The notes: generated by a model not told the origin, from the letters alone. A DNA stretch of 31,859 nt from Myxococcota bacterium (GCA_036012755.1 DASCPX010000119.1:1-31859), one strand, 5' to 3'. Shown: positions 8,167 to 16,865, counted from the stretch's first letter. Numbers and translations are program-made.

Positions 8167-9075
8167 ATGCAGCCTCAAGGTCCCCAAGCCCAGACCATCC
8201 AGGTTCGGGTCCAGGTGATCGACGTCCGGTCGCAGACCCTCGACCTGATCCTGCCGACTTACCTCCCTGCGCGAGACCTGACCCAGCGTGTGGCGCGGGA
8301 CGCGGGGCTGGAGGCTTTCTGGGCGGACGGACGGCGACGGCTGTACTGGCTTCGCGCCCGCGGTCGCCTCATGAAGGACGAAGAGCGGCTGATGGACCTC
8401 GGCGTCGTCCCGAACGAGCTGATCCACCTCCTGCCGGAGCCCCCCGCCGGCTCCGGGGTCGTCGAGCAGCATCCCGAGTACCCGGAGAGCCTCGGCTACG
8501 CGGCCAGAGGCTCTCTCGCCCTGATCGGCTCGGTCATTGGTGTGCTGCTGTGGACGGTCGGCTGGGGCATCGCGCTCAGCATCGACAGGGGGCTGCTGAC
8601 GACGACGCTCCCGGGCCTTGGTCTTGGCCTGTTGTGCACTTCCCTGGCGCGCCACATCTTCGGCGGCGACGGCTGGCGCGCTCGGGTGGCTGCCCTCGGC
8701 ATGGCGCTGGCCGTGCTCACGGTGGCGCTCGCGATGCTCGCTCCCGTGCTGCTCGGCGAGGACCCGGCGCTGGTCTTCAGTCAGTCCGTGCCTGGGCTGG
8801 TCACGGCGCTCGCTGGGGTGCTGTTCGCCTGGCTCGCCTGGTGGGGTGCGGTGGAGCCACTGCAGAGGCTCGACAGGCCCGACGAGGTGCAGGCAGAGGT
8901 CGCGGCGGTCGTGGCCTGCGGCATCTGTGGGCAGGGGGTGGAGCCCCACGTGCGCATGGACTGCGCCTATGCCTGTGGAAAGGTCTTCCACGTCGGCTGC
9001 CACGAGGCGAGGAAGGCAGTCTTCCGCGGAGATCAGAAGACCTGCGAGGTCTGCGGGGCCCAGGTTCGGGGCTGA
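8167..9075 (+). CDS. EsaB/YukD-like ubiquitin-fold domain + 4 TM helices + C4HC3 (RING/PHD-like) zinc finger
   Basis: IQVRVQVIDVRSQTLDLILPTYLPARDL...RGRLMKDEERLMDLGVVPNELIHL fits a beta-grasp pattern; four hydrophobic segments; C-x2-C-x11-C-x3-C-x4-H-x2-C-x14-C-x2-C. Confidence 0.75.
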   Translation: MQPQGPQAQTIQVRVQVIDVRSQTLDLILPTYLPARDLTQRVARDAGLEAFWADGRRRLYWLRARGRLMKDEERLMDLGVVPNELIHLLPEPPAGSGVVEQHPEYPESLGYAARGSLALIGSVIGVLLWTVGWGIALSIDRGLLTTTLPGLGLGLLCTSLARHIFGGDGWRARVAALGMALAVLTVALAMLAPVLLGEDPALVFSQSVPGLVTALAGVLFAWLAWWGAVEPLQRLDRPDEVQAEVAAVVACGICGQGVEPHVRMDCAYACGKVFHVGCHEARKAVFRGDQKTCEVCGAQVRG

Positions 9076-9139
9076 GTCGCGCCCTCGTTGAGAACATCTC
9101 GAAACCACCGCGAGATGTGCCGATGCGTACGGTCTCTAC

Positions 9140-9529
9140 GTGCTTCTCTCCCTCTTGTTCTCGTGCGCGCCCGAGGGCTACGACTCCGACCCGGTGGTGC
9201 TGGATGTCTCGGTCGTCGAGGTCTACGCCGGGCAGGGCACCTACTTCGCTCACGAGTGGGTGGATCTCCACGTCATCGTGGCCAACCACAGCGACTTCCC
9301 GGGAGAGGTGCTCGTAGACGCCGACCTCGACGGGGCACACATCTACAGCAAGCGCACCACGATCATCGAGCCTCACAGCGAGGTCGACATCCGGCTCCGA
9401 AGCAAGAGCGCCGGGTTCTCTGATGGGGCCTTCGAGGTCAAGGTGACCGTCGTGGGCGAGGGCGAGTCCGATCTCGACGTGAGCAACAACACCGGGCTCA
9501 GCCAGCCGCTGGTCTTCCTGGACGACTGA
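9140..9529 (+). CDS. Small lipoprotein with CARDB/Ig-like domain
   Basis: MLLSLLFSC lipobox; beta-rich body ending GESDLDVSNNT; TACGGT 6 nt before the GTG. Confidence 0.7.
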   Translation: MLLSLLFSCAPEGYDSDPVVLDVSVVEVYAGQGTYFAHEWVDLHVIVANHSDFPGEVLVDADLDGAHIYSKRTTIIEPHSEVDIRLRSKSAGFSDGAFEVKVTVVGEGESDLDVSNNTGLSQPLVFLDD

Positions 9530-9544
9530 CCCCCAGCCTGTACG

Positions 9545-9850
9545 TCAGACCGCGGCCAGCAGGCGCCGTGGCGTGTTGATCGGGGGCTGTTCGCTCCTGG
9601 CGCGGCAGGCGAGCGCGTCGATGTAGCGGCCGCGCCGGAGGTGGATCTCGTCAGCCAGTGCCCCGCCAGGAGCCCACTCGGGGCACTGCTGGTTCACGAA
9701 GCGGATCTCTGTGCGAGCGATGTTGTTGCGGCCTTCGGTGAGCGCCCGGCGAGCCCGGAGCCAGGACCGGATGGCGCTGGTCTCGTCGAGGGTCGCGGGC
9801 ACCGTGAGACCCAGCAGGGTCGCGACGACCAGAATCCGCTCGCTCGTCAT
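9545..9850 (-). CDS. Hypothetical protein, hydrophobic N-terminus plus TPR-like helices
   Basis: GGAG 6 nt before ATG 9850; ARRALTEG...PEWAPGGALADEIHLRRGRY resembles a TPR. Confidence 0.55.
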   Translation of the reverse strand: MTSERILVVATLLGLTVPATLDETSAIRSWLRARRALTEGRNNIARTEIRFVNQQCPEWAPGGALADEIHLRRGRYIDALACRARSEQPPINTPRRLLAAV

Positions 9851-9971
9851 GGCCAGCTCCATTCGGCCCTCACGTCGGCCCCGAGGTAGCGGACCTTGAG
9901 GTGATGTTGGGGGCATCCCGATGGACTGCCCCGGAAGGACGCGGTCGCTCTGGGGGTTATAGAATCGCACG

Positions 9972-10532
9972 ATGGCCGGTTTCTTGCTCCTGTTGTCGCT
10001 GGCCTTCGCCGGCACCCGAGAAGAAGGTGAGCTGGACCGGCTCGTCGACGAGATGATCCAGTTCAGCGAGCGCCAGGCATGGCCAGGTGTCGAGCGCACC
10101 TACGACAAGATCATGGGCATCGACGGCGTCGACGTCCCGCGCGACGTGCACCGCTCGGCTGCCCACGCTGCGCGGGCGACCGGTGACATGGCCGCGGTCG
10201 TCGAGCGCCTCGGCCGGGCCCAGAGCGTCACTCGGACCGACGAGGACCAGGCCTGGCTGAACTCGATCAGCGAGGCCTACAGCAACGTCGAGCTTCGCAC
10301 CGTGCCTCCCCGGGGCGTGGAGCTCGTCGTGGTGGAGATGCCCTTCGAGCCAGACGCCCGCCTCGCCTTGGAGCGAGCGGTCACCTCGCTGGACGAGGAA
10401 GGTGAGTTCGTCGGCATGCTGCCCGTCGGTGACTACGAGCTGGCCGGCAAGCCCTTCCAGGTGGTCGCCGGCTACACGGCTCACGTCGAGCTCTCGAGCA
10501 AGGAGCTGAAGACGGAGAAGAAGGACAAGTAG
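9972..10532 (+). CDS. Secreted hypothetical protein (helical/TPR-like plus small beta domain)
   Basis: Signal MAGFLLLLSLAFA; TAGAAT 9960-9965 lies 6 nt before the ATG; typical codon usage. Confidence 0.75.
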   Translation: MAGFLLLLSLAFAGTREEGELDRLVDEMIQFSERQAWPGVERTYDKIMGIDGVDVPRDVHRSAAHAARATGDMAAVVERLGRAQSVTRTDEDQAWLNSISEAYSNVELRTVPPRGVELVVVEMPFEPDARLALERAVTSLDEEGEFVGMLPVGDYELAGKPFQVVAGYTAHVELSSKELKTEKKDK

Positions 10533-10540
10533 CGAGGTTC

Positions 10541-10556
10541 CGGCACGCTCCTTGCG
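10541..10556 (+). promoter_or_regulatory. Sigma54 (-24/-12) promoter upstream of ompA-family gene
   Basis: CGGCACG-CTCC-TTGCG matches TGGCACG-N4-TTGC with exact GG-N10-GC spacing, in an intergenic position. Confidence 0.7.
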
Positions 10557-10633
10557 GATCGCGCCGATTGCGGGGCCTCGAGCCCGGGGGTAACTTCGCG
10601 CCGCCGGATGGCACCTCCGGCGCGGAGCCCAAG

Positions 10634-12112
10634 ATGTCTCTCATCCTGCTCGCCACATTGCTCTCGAGCGACGCCGAGGCCCAGCAGGGCCGCGACGAGT
10701 TCGGCATCACCCTGTCGCTTGCGGGCGGGTGGTACGAGATCGACGACAACGAGAACCTGGGGTCCACCTGGGCTCTGAACCCCCGCATCGGGTACAGCCT
10801 CACGCGTCGGGTCATCGTCGAAGCCCAGACCGGCTACCACCAGGGCAAGACCTCGGCCTTCAACAACCGCTATGACGCCTTCACGCCGCGGCTGGACCTG
10901 CTGCTGGTGTTGACCCCCGAGTCCCGACTCCAGCCCTTCCTCGCGGCGGGCGGCGGCGCTGCCTACGTCCGGGTCAGCCGCGACCCGAACACTTGGTCCA
11001 CCGAGCCGATTCAAGGAACGGCCATCGGGAACTACAAGAACCCCGACACCGACACCCTCGTGAACGCCGGGCCCGGCATGATGATCAAGCTGGCCGGCGC
11101 GATGTCGCTGCGCTTCGACGCTCGGTGGATGATGACCATCGGCACAGAGCCACACGGCGCCAACGACCAGGACGTCTTCAACAACTGGGAGCTGACCGGC
11201 GGCTTCATGTTCCGTGCAGCCGAGCGCGGTCGGGATCGCGACCTCGACGGCATCCTCGACAAGGTCGACGAGTGCCCGGACGATCCCGAGGACTGGGACA
11301 CCTTCGAAGACCCCGACGGCTGCCCCGACTTCGACAACGACCAGGACGGCGTCCTCGATGTCGACGACGACTGCCCCCTCGATCCCGAGGACATGGACGG
11401 CTACGGCGACGAAGACGGCTGCCCAGAGGACGACAACGACCTCGACGGCATCGTGGACTGGGAAGACGAGTGCCCAGAAGACCGCGAGGACATGGACGGC
11501 TTCCGCGACGGGGACGGCTGCCCGGAGAACGACAACGATCGCGATGGCATCTGGGACCTCAACGACCGCTGCCCGAACCACCCAGAGGACATGGACGGCT
11601 GGGAGGACGAGGACGGCTGCGACGACACCGACAACGACTCAGACGGCATCGCGGACGTCGTGGATGCCTGCGCCAACGTGGCAGAGACCTACAACGGCTT
11701 CGAGGACTCCGACGGGTGCCCCGACGAGCTCCCGCCAGAAGTCGTCAGGTTCACCGGTGTCATTCGCGGCATCAACTTCGAGGTCGACAAGGCCAAGATC
11801 ACGGTCGGTTCCTACTTCATCCTCGACGAGGCCTCGGACGTGCTCATCCGGCACCCGGACCTGCGGCTGGAGATCCAGGGCCACACCGACAGCGACGGCT
11901 CGGACGAGTACAACTTCGACCTCTCCGATCGTCGGGCCGAGGCCGTCGTGCGCTACATGACCGGGAAGGGGGTCGACCCCTCACGCCTGACCTGGATGGG
12001 CTACGGCGAGAGCCGCCCGCTCATCCCCAACGACGACGAGGAGTCCAAGGCGGTCAACCGCCGCGTCGAGTTCCACATCGTCGAGCCGGAGCCCCTCACG
12101 GCGGACCAGTAG
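10634..12112 (+). CDS. OmpA family protein: OM beta-barrel + thrombospondin type-3-like repeats + OmpA C-terminal peptidoglycan-binding domain
   Basis: Signal MSLILLATLLSSDAEA; LQPFLAAGGG barrel strands; EIQGHTDSDG, LSDRRAEAV, GYGESRP, NRRVEF. GGAG before ATG 10634. Confidence 0.93.
   Translation: MSLILLATLLSSDAEAQQGRDEFGITLSLAGGWYEIDDNENLGSTWALNPRIGYSLTRRVIVEAQTGYHQGKTSAFNNRYDAFTPRLDLLLVLTPESRLQPFLAAGGGAAYVRVSRDPNTWSTEPIQGTAIGNYKNPDTDTLVNAGPGMMIKLAGAMSLRFDARWMMTIGTEPHGANDQDVFNNWELTGGFMFRAAERGRDRDLDGILDKVDECPDDPEDWDTFEDPDGCPDFDNDQDGVLDVDDDCPLDPEDMDGYGDEDGCPEDDNDLDGIVDWEDECPEDREDMDGFRDGDGCPENDNDRDGIWDLNDRCPNHPEDMDGWEDEDGCDDTDNDSDGIADVVDACANVAETYNGFEDSDGCPDELPPEVVRFTGVIRGINFEVDKAKITVGSYFILDEASDVLIRHPDLRLEIQGHTDSDGSDEYNFDLSDRRAEAVVRYMTGKGVDPSRLTWMGYGESRPLIPNDDEESKAVNRRVEFHIVEPEPLTADQ
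11234..11728 (+). repeat. Five 99-bp (33-aa) Asp-rich TSP3-like Ca-binding repeats
   Basis: D.D.DGI.D..D.CP...ED.DG..D.DGCP repeated five times. Confidence 0.9.
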
Positions 12113-13041
12113 ACTCAGAATCGCCTCGTTGAAGCAGCCGTGGTCCGAGGTCGCGACGATGACCTGCCAGTCGGAGTCGAGGTCTTCGAGGGCGTCCGTG
12201 AAGTTGAAGAAGTTGGCCGCGAGGTTGGCGGCGTCATCCGTCATCGAGCACGACCGGTCGACGTAGACGAAGACGTCGCTCGTCTCGAAGGGTCCCTGGT
12301 AGAAGACGTCCTCGCCGGAGAAGGGAGGGACCCCCTCGCTCACCATGTGCGCCTGGCCCTGGACGGCGACGGCGTCGTGAGAGACGTTCAGGAAGCCTGT
12401 GTAGGGGCCCTCCGCGACCGGTGTGAGCCCGACGGTGACCTCTGCGGTCTCTCGTCCGGAGCGAGCGTCAGCGGGAGGGTGGGGGCCCAGACCAGGGTGA
12501 AGCCGTCACCGACGATCTGGATGTCCGAGACCGTCAGGTCGGCCTCTCCGGTGGAGGTCGGGGTGAAGGTCTGCTCCGTCGTGCAGTCGAGCGTGATGTC
12601 GCCCATGTCGATCTCGACGGGGTCGATCTCCAGCGCCGGCTGGGTGCCCTGGCCCTCGAGCGGCACGCTGACCCTCCTTGCGTCGGGATCGTTGGAGTCG
12701 ATGTAGAGCTCCGCCAGGTTCTCCACGCCGTGCGGCGTGAAGTAGATGGGGACCTCGAGTGCGTCGCCGGGCTCCAGGCCGAAGGGCTCGAACTCGAGCC
12801 AGAAGGCTGACGTCCCCGTCATGGTCATCGCCTCCACCGACAGCGTGTCTTCGCCGTGGTTGGTGATGGTGAGGCTGTCCTCGGCGACCTCGCCGGTGCC
12901 GAGCGCGTCGAACACGATCTGCTCCGGCCACACGCCGAGCTCGGGATCCCCACGTCTCCCGGTGCCATCGTCTGGACCGATGATCTGTTGTTCCGAGCAG
13001 GCGAACAGGGCGAAGACGAGCATGGAACCCTCGTGGTTCAT
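12113..13041 (-). pseudogene. Lipoprotein with two choice-of-anchor-D/ASH Ig domains and the start of a vWA domain; frameshifted and truncated
   Basis: LVFALFAC lipobox; ITNHGEDTL, IDSNDPD...VPLEGQG. Frame change at GAGAGA (~12448-12453) joins to the frame with VDRSCSM (DxSxS), which runs into the antisense of ompA after FNEAIL. Confidence 0.75.
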
Positions 13042-13080
13042 GGCTCGCACGATATGAAACGTCCCGGTTCCGGGGCGATA

Positions 13081-13800
13081 TCAGCCGGGGCTCAGAGCGG
13101 TTTCGTGGCGCACCCACCCACCGGGCTCGAGGCGCTCGTGCGGGTGGTAGCGGGCCTTGTAGTTCACCTGTGGGCAGTCCTTCACGTACAGCCCGAGGTA
13201 GTACCAGCGGAAGCCGCGGCTCTTCAGCCACCGGATCTCGGCGAGGACCGAGAAGACCCCCAGGCTTCGGCGGCCCTCGTCGGGATCGAAGTAGAAGTAG
13301 ACCGACGAGGCGTCTCGCCGGCCCAGATCGATCAGGCCCACCCCGACGAGCTTGTCGCCGACGAAGTAGCGCGTCTCGACCGTGTTGGCGCAGGTGACGA
13401 TGAGCCAGTTGCGGTAGTGGTTCGCGGAGGTCGGCCGCTCCGAGAGGCCACGGGACAGCTTGTGCTTGTTGAAGAGGTCGAGGTGCTCGGCGTCGACCCG
13501 AGGGGGGCCGGCGACGATGCGGACGTCCCCGTTGCGCTTCCAGGCCCGACGCTGGCTGCGGCTGGGCACGAACTCCCCGATGGGCACCCGGATGCCCTTG
13601 CACTCCGTGCAGCTGGGGCAGGATGGTCGGTACAGCGTGCGCCCCACCCGTCGATCCGCCGTCGAGAGCAGCGCGTCGAAGTGCGCCGGGTCGATGGCCC
13701 GCTGGTACCAGCGCAGGGGCAGCACCGCTTCCCGGCCCTTCAGGTAGGGGCAGGGGTGGGGGGTCTGGTCGACCGGGATGCCCTGGGGCGGATGGTTCAT
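13081..13800 (-). CDS. bpt: Arginyltransferase-family Asp/Glu leucyltransferase (Bpt/Ate)
   Basis: HPCPYL, RRVGRTLYRPSCPSCTEC, FVPSRSQRR, SSVYFYFDPD, SLGVFSVL, YYLGLYV, VNYKARY. ATGA overlap with the upstream gene. Confidence 0.9.
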   Translation of the reverse strand: MNHPPQGIPVDQTPHPCPYLKGREAVLPLRWYQRAIDPAHFDALLSTADRRVGRTLYRPSCPSCTECKGIRVPIGEFVPSRSQRRAWKRNGDVRIVAGPPRVDAEHLDLFNKHKLSRGLSERPTSANHYRNWLIVTCANTVETRYFVGDKLVGVGLIDLGRRDASSVYFYFDPDEGRRSLGVFSVLAEIRWLKSRGFRWYYLGLYVKDCPQVNYKARYHPHERLEPGGWVRHETALSPG

Positions 13801-14636
13801 AGAGGGTGGACGTCGCCCTCTCGAGCGACGTGCAGGCCGGCCTCGCGCACCGTCTCGGAGGCGACGGAGGTTGGATCGAGGATCGGGTTGGTGTGGTTGA
13901 GGTGGATGAGGTGGATCTTGTCGCGCTCTGCTGTGGCCAGCGGCGCGAAGCGCTCGATGGACTCGACGACGAAGGGGTGGGGGATCTGTTTCATGTCGCG
14001 ACCGGGGAGCTCGTTCCCGTCGAAGAAGGTCCCATCCAACATTGCCACGTCGACGCGCGTGATCCAGTCCACGATTGGGGTCTCCCACTTTTCCCACTTG
14101 TCGATGTCAGGCAGGTAGAGGAGCTTGCGGCTCGGCCCCTCCACGAAGAAGCCGACCGTCTCCGAGTACTCGTCCCGGTGGGGGACCGCGACGGGCGTCA
14201 CGCTCAGGGTCTCGCTGAGCCGCACGGGCACCCCGTCTTCGAGGGGCTGGACGAGGATGTTTCGGTTGTCGACGAGCTGGTCCCAGGGCCCGTTGTCGGA
14301 GAGGAAGGCGCGCATTCGCGGCATCGCCCAGACTGCGACGGCGGAGGCGCCCATGGCCTCGCGTCCGAGGTGCATCAAGCCCGTGTAGTGTCCGATGTGG
14401 GCGTGGGTCAGGAAGATGCCGGCGAGCGTTCCCTCCAGCGACTCCAGCTGGCGGGGGAGATCCGGCGTCGCGTCGAGGAGCCAGTGCTTGCCTGCCTCGA
14501 CGAGGCCGAGGGAACTCACCTTGTGCCCCGCACCCTCCCAGGCTGCCTGGCAGCAGGTCTTCTCGCAGCCTGCCTGGGGGTGGCCTGCGTCCTGGGCGAT
14601 CCCGAGGACAACCGCGGTCGTGGTCAGCGGAATCAC
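13797..14636 (-). CDS. MBL-fold metallo-hydrolase, PqqB-like
   Basis: LGIAQDAGHPQAGC, LLDATPD, FLTHAHIGHYTGL, VPHRDEYSETVG, LYLPDIDKW, IHLNHTNP. No pqq cluster nearby. Confidence 0.85.
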   Translation of the reverse strand: MIPLTTTAVVLGIAQDAGHPQAGCEKTCCQAAWEGAGHKVSSLGLVEAGKHWLLDATPDLPRQLESLEGTLAGIFLTHAHIGHYTGLMHLGREAMGASAVAVWAMPRMRAFLSDNGPWDQLVDNRNILVQPLEDGVPVRLSETLSVTPVAVPHRDEYSETVGFFVEGPSRKLLYLPDIDKWEKWETPIVDWITRVDVAMLDGTFFDGNELPGRDMKQIPHPFVVESIERFAPLATAERDKIHLIHLNHTNPILDPTSVASETVREAGLHVAREGDVHPL

Positions 14637-14659
14637 GGGTGGAACGATACCTTGGGCCC
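14637..14659. promoter_or_regulatory. 23-nt bidirectional leaderless promoter
   Basis: Top strand TACCTT 14648-14653, 6 nt before GTG 14660; bottom strand TATCGT 14649-14644, 7 nt before GTG 14636. The hexamers share a TA. Confidence 0.65.
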
Positions 14660-15538
14660 GTGATCGCCTTCCTCCTCGCCTGTGCGGACCCCGCGCCCGT
14701 CGACATCGCCTGGCCAGAGGATGGCTGCGCCAGCGTGCACGTGCCGGCCTTCGGGAGCGCGGGACCGGTCGTGCCGGAGGAGTTCCGCATCCAGCACGAC
14801 GGCGACGAGCTGCGCGTCCGCGTCCTGAGACCGGCCGGCTCCTCTTGCTGGCCGGCGTTGGTGCTCGTGCCACCTGGCTTCGCAGAGGGCCTTCCCCAGC
14901 TCGACGAGCCCACCGCGAACAGCCTCGCCGCCGCCGGCCTCGTCGTCGTGGCCTTCGATCCGAGCGGTCGCGGGATGTCCTCTGGTGAAGAGGACTACGG
15001 CGGTCCAGTGCAGCAGGACGACCTCGCGGCGGTGCTGGCCTGGACGGCCTCGCTGGAGGTGGTCGATCCCGCTCGCGTGGCCGTCGTGAGCCGCTCGCTG
15101 GGCATCGCGATGGCCGCCGGCGCGCTGGCCCGACACGACGTCGCGCCCTTCGGCCTGGTGGACATCGAGGGGCCGGCCGTCTTGCCAGACAACCTCGACT
15201 ACGCCCCGGAGCAGGCCCGCGAGACCCTCGAGTCCGTCTCGGAGGGCAGCGAGTGGTGGGCCGAGCGCAGCCCTCACCTCAACCTCGGCGCCCACGATGG
15301 TCTCTACCGTCGCATCCAGGCTCTCGAGGACCACGCCCTCGGCTCCTTCCTCGGCCACGCACAGGCGCTGTTGAACACCGCGGTGGACTCCGCCGCGGGC
15401 ACGGATCTCAACGGCCTCGAGCGTGATTACTGGACCTACGACGACGTCGAGGCTGACGCCCTGGACGGTCGCGTCAAGCACGACGACCGCCGGGCGCTGG
15501 ACCTCGTCCTGAGCCTCTACGACGAACAAGGAGCATGA
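14660..15538 (+). CDS. Alpha/beta-hydrolase lipoprotein (CocE/S15-like N-terminus)
   Basis: MIAFLLAC; PALVLVPPG, FDPSGRGMSSG, nucleophile elbow VSRSLG. Confidence 0.8.
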   Translation: MIAFLLACADPAPVDIAWPEDGCASVHVPAFGSAGPVVPEEFRIQHDGDELRVRVLRPAGSSCWPALVLVPPGFAEGLPQLDEPTANSLAAAGLVVVAFDPSGRGMSSGEEDYGGPVQQDDLAAVLAWTASLEVVDPARVAVVSRSLGIAMAAGALARHDVAPFGLVDIEGPAVLPDNLDYAPEQARETLESVSEGSEWWAERSPHLNLGAHDGLYRRIQALEDHALGSFLGHAQALLNTAVDSAAGTDLNGLERDYWTYDDVEADALDGRVKHDDRRALDLVLSLYDEQGA

Positions 15539-15966
15539 CCATGCGAACCATGGGTCTCGCGATGACGCTCGCGGCGCTCGCCGCCTGCACTGGCGGTGAT
15601 GGAGACGGCGACCCCGTGCTCCCCGCCACGCTGGTGATCGACTACAGCTGGGCGGGCTTCGACAACCTCCCCGAAGAAAACTGCGCCAGCGCCTGGGTCG
15701 ACACGCTCTACATAGAGTTGGAGCACGCGGAGGGGGACTACAACCTCCGGCAGGTCGCCTGCGACAACGACCCGGTCGAGATCCCCGATCTGCGAGCTGG
15801 CGCCTGGACGATCGAGGTCCGCACCGTGCAGTACACGGACGAGGCGGCCTCGAGCTACGGGCAGTCCGACCTCTTCGACATCGAGCTCCCGGGTGGCGAG
15901 ACCACCGAGCTCGACGTGCCGATCGAGTGCCAGGACAACGGCCACACATGTGACCGGACCGACTAG
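15535..15966 (+). CDS. Hypothetical lipoprotein
   Basis: LAALAAC lipobox; ATGA overlap; acidic beta-rich body with Cys pairs. Confidence 0.8.
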   Translation: MTMRTMGLAMTLAALAACTGGDGDGDPVLPATLVIDYSWAGFDNLPEENCASAWVDTLYIELEHAEGDYNLRQVACDNDPVEIPDLRAGAWTIEVRTVQYTDEAASSYGQSDLFDIELPGGETTELDVPIECQDNGHTCDRTD

Positions 15967-15989
15967 CGCGCTTAGAAGAGCCAGAGCCC

Positions 15990-16814
15990 ATGCTCCAACT
16001 CGCCGGAATCGCTGTCGACGCCACCTCCATCGGAGGACTGGAGACCTGCATCCAGCTCCCGGGCCTGAAGCTCTGCCTGGACATCGGGCGCTGTCCGGCG
16101 AACGCGGTCCACAAGGACCACGTGCTCATCACCCACGGGCACGTCGATCACATCGGGGGCATCTGCTACCACGCCGCGACCCGCGGCCTGATGGGGCTGA
16201 CCCCCCCGACCTACGTCGTCGGCCACGAGAACGTGAGGGCGCTCGGCTCGCTGTTCAACGCCTACCGGCGCCTGGATCGGAGCCGCATGGCCCACGAGAT
16301 CGTGGCGCTGGGCCCTGGCGAGGAGTACCGCCTGCCCAAGGGCCACCTCGTGCGTCCCTTCCGGAGCCTCCACCGCGTGCCCTGCCAGGGCTACGGCCTG
16401 TGGTCCACCAAGCGCAAGCTCAAGGCCGAGTACCACGGGCTCCCGGGCCACCGGATCCGCGACTTGAGGCTGGGCGGCACAGAGGTCACCAACGAGATCC
16501 TCACGCCAGAGCTGGCCTTCACCGGGGACACGCTCATCGATGTCGTCGAGGCGGAGGAGGTCGTGCGCACCGCGCGGCTGCTCATCATGGAGGTCACCTT
16601 CCTCGATGACCGGGTCAGCGTGGAGCAGTGCCGGGAAAAGGGCCACATCCACATCGACGAGGTCGCCGAGCGCGCCGACCTCTTCGAGAACGAGGCCATC
16701 CTCTTCACCCACTTCTCTGCGCGCTACCGCGCCTGGGAGATCCGAGAGGCCCTCGCCAAGCGTCTCCCGGCGTCGCTCGCGGAGCGGGTCACTCCCCTGC
16801 TGGGTGAGCCCTGA
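15990..16814 (+). CDS. rnz: Ribonuclease Z, short TM-type (Thermotoga/plant TRZ1-like)
   Basis: SIGGLETC, DIGRCP, THGHVDHIGG, KLKAEY.GL.G..I, AFTGDT, MEVTF, GHIH, THFSARY. Confidence 0.82.
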   Translation: MLQLAGIAVDATSIGGLETCIQLPGLKLCLDIGRCPANAVHKDHVLITHGHVDHIGGICYHAATRGLMGLTPPTYVVGHENVRALGSLFNAYRRLDRSRMAHEIVALGPGEEYRLPKGHLVRPFRSLHRVPCQGYGLWSTKRKLKAEYHGLPGHRIRDLRLGGTEVTNEILTPELAFTGDTLIDVVEAEEVVRTARLLIMEVTFLDDRVSVEQCREKGHIHIDEVAERADLFENEAILFTHFSARYRAWEIREALAKRLPASLAERVTPLLGEP

Positions 16815-16865
16815 GGGGCCAGCCGGTGGGCCCCCGAGCGGGTTAGTGGAACCGCCGGAGGGCTG

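Noticed and set aside
11234..11728. Periodic repeats as CRISPR or a novel repeat element
   Set aside because: Degenerate 99-bp coding TSP3-like repeats within ompA.
13797..14636. PQQ biosynthesis cluster
   Set aside because: Only a PqqB-like MBL gene; no pqqA/C/D/E.
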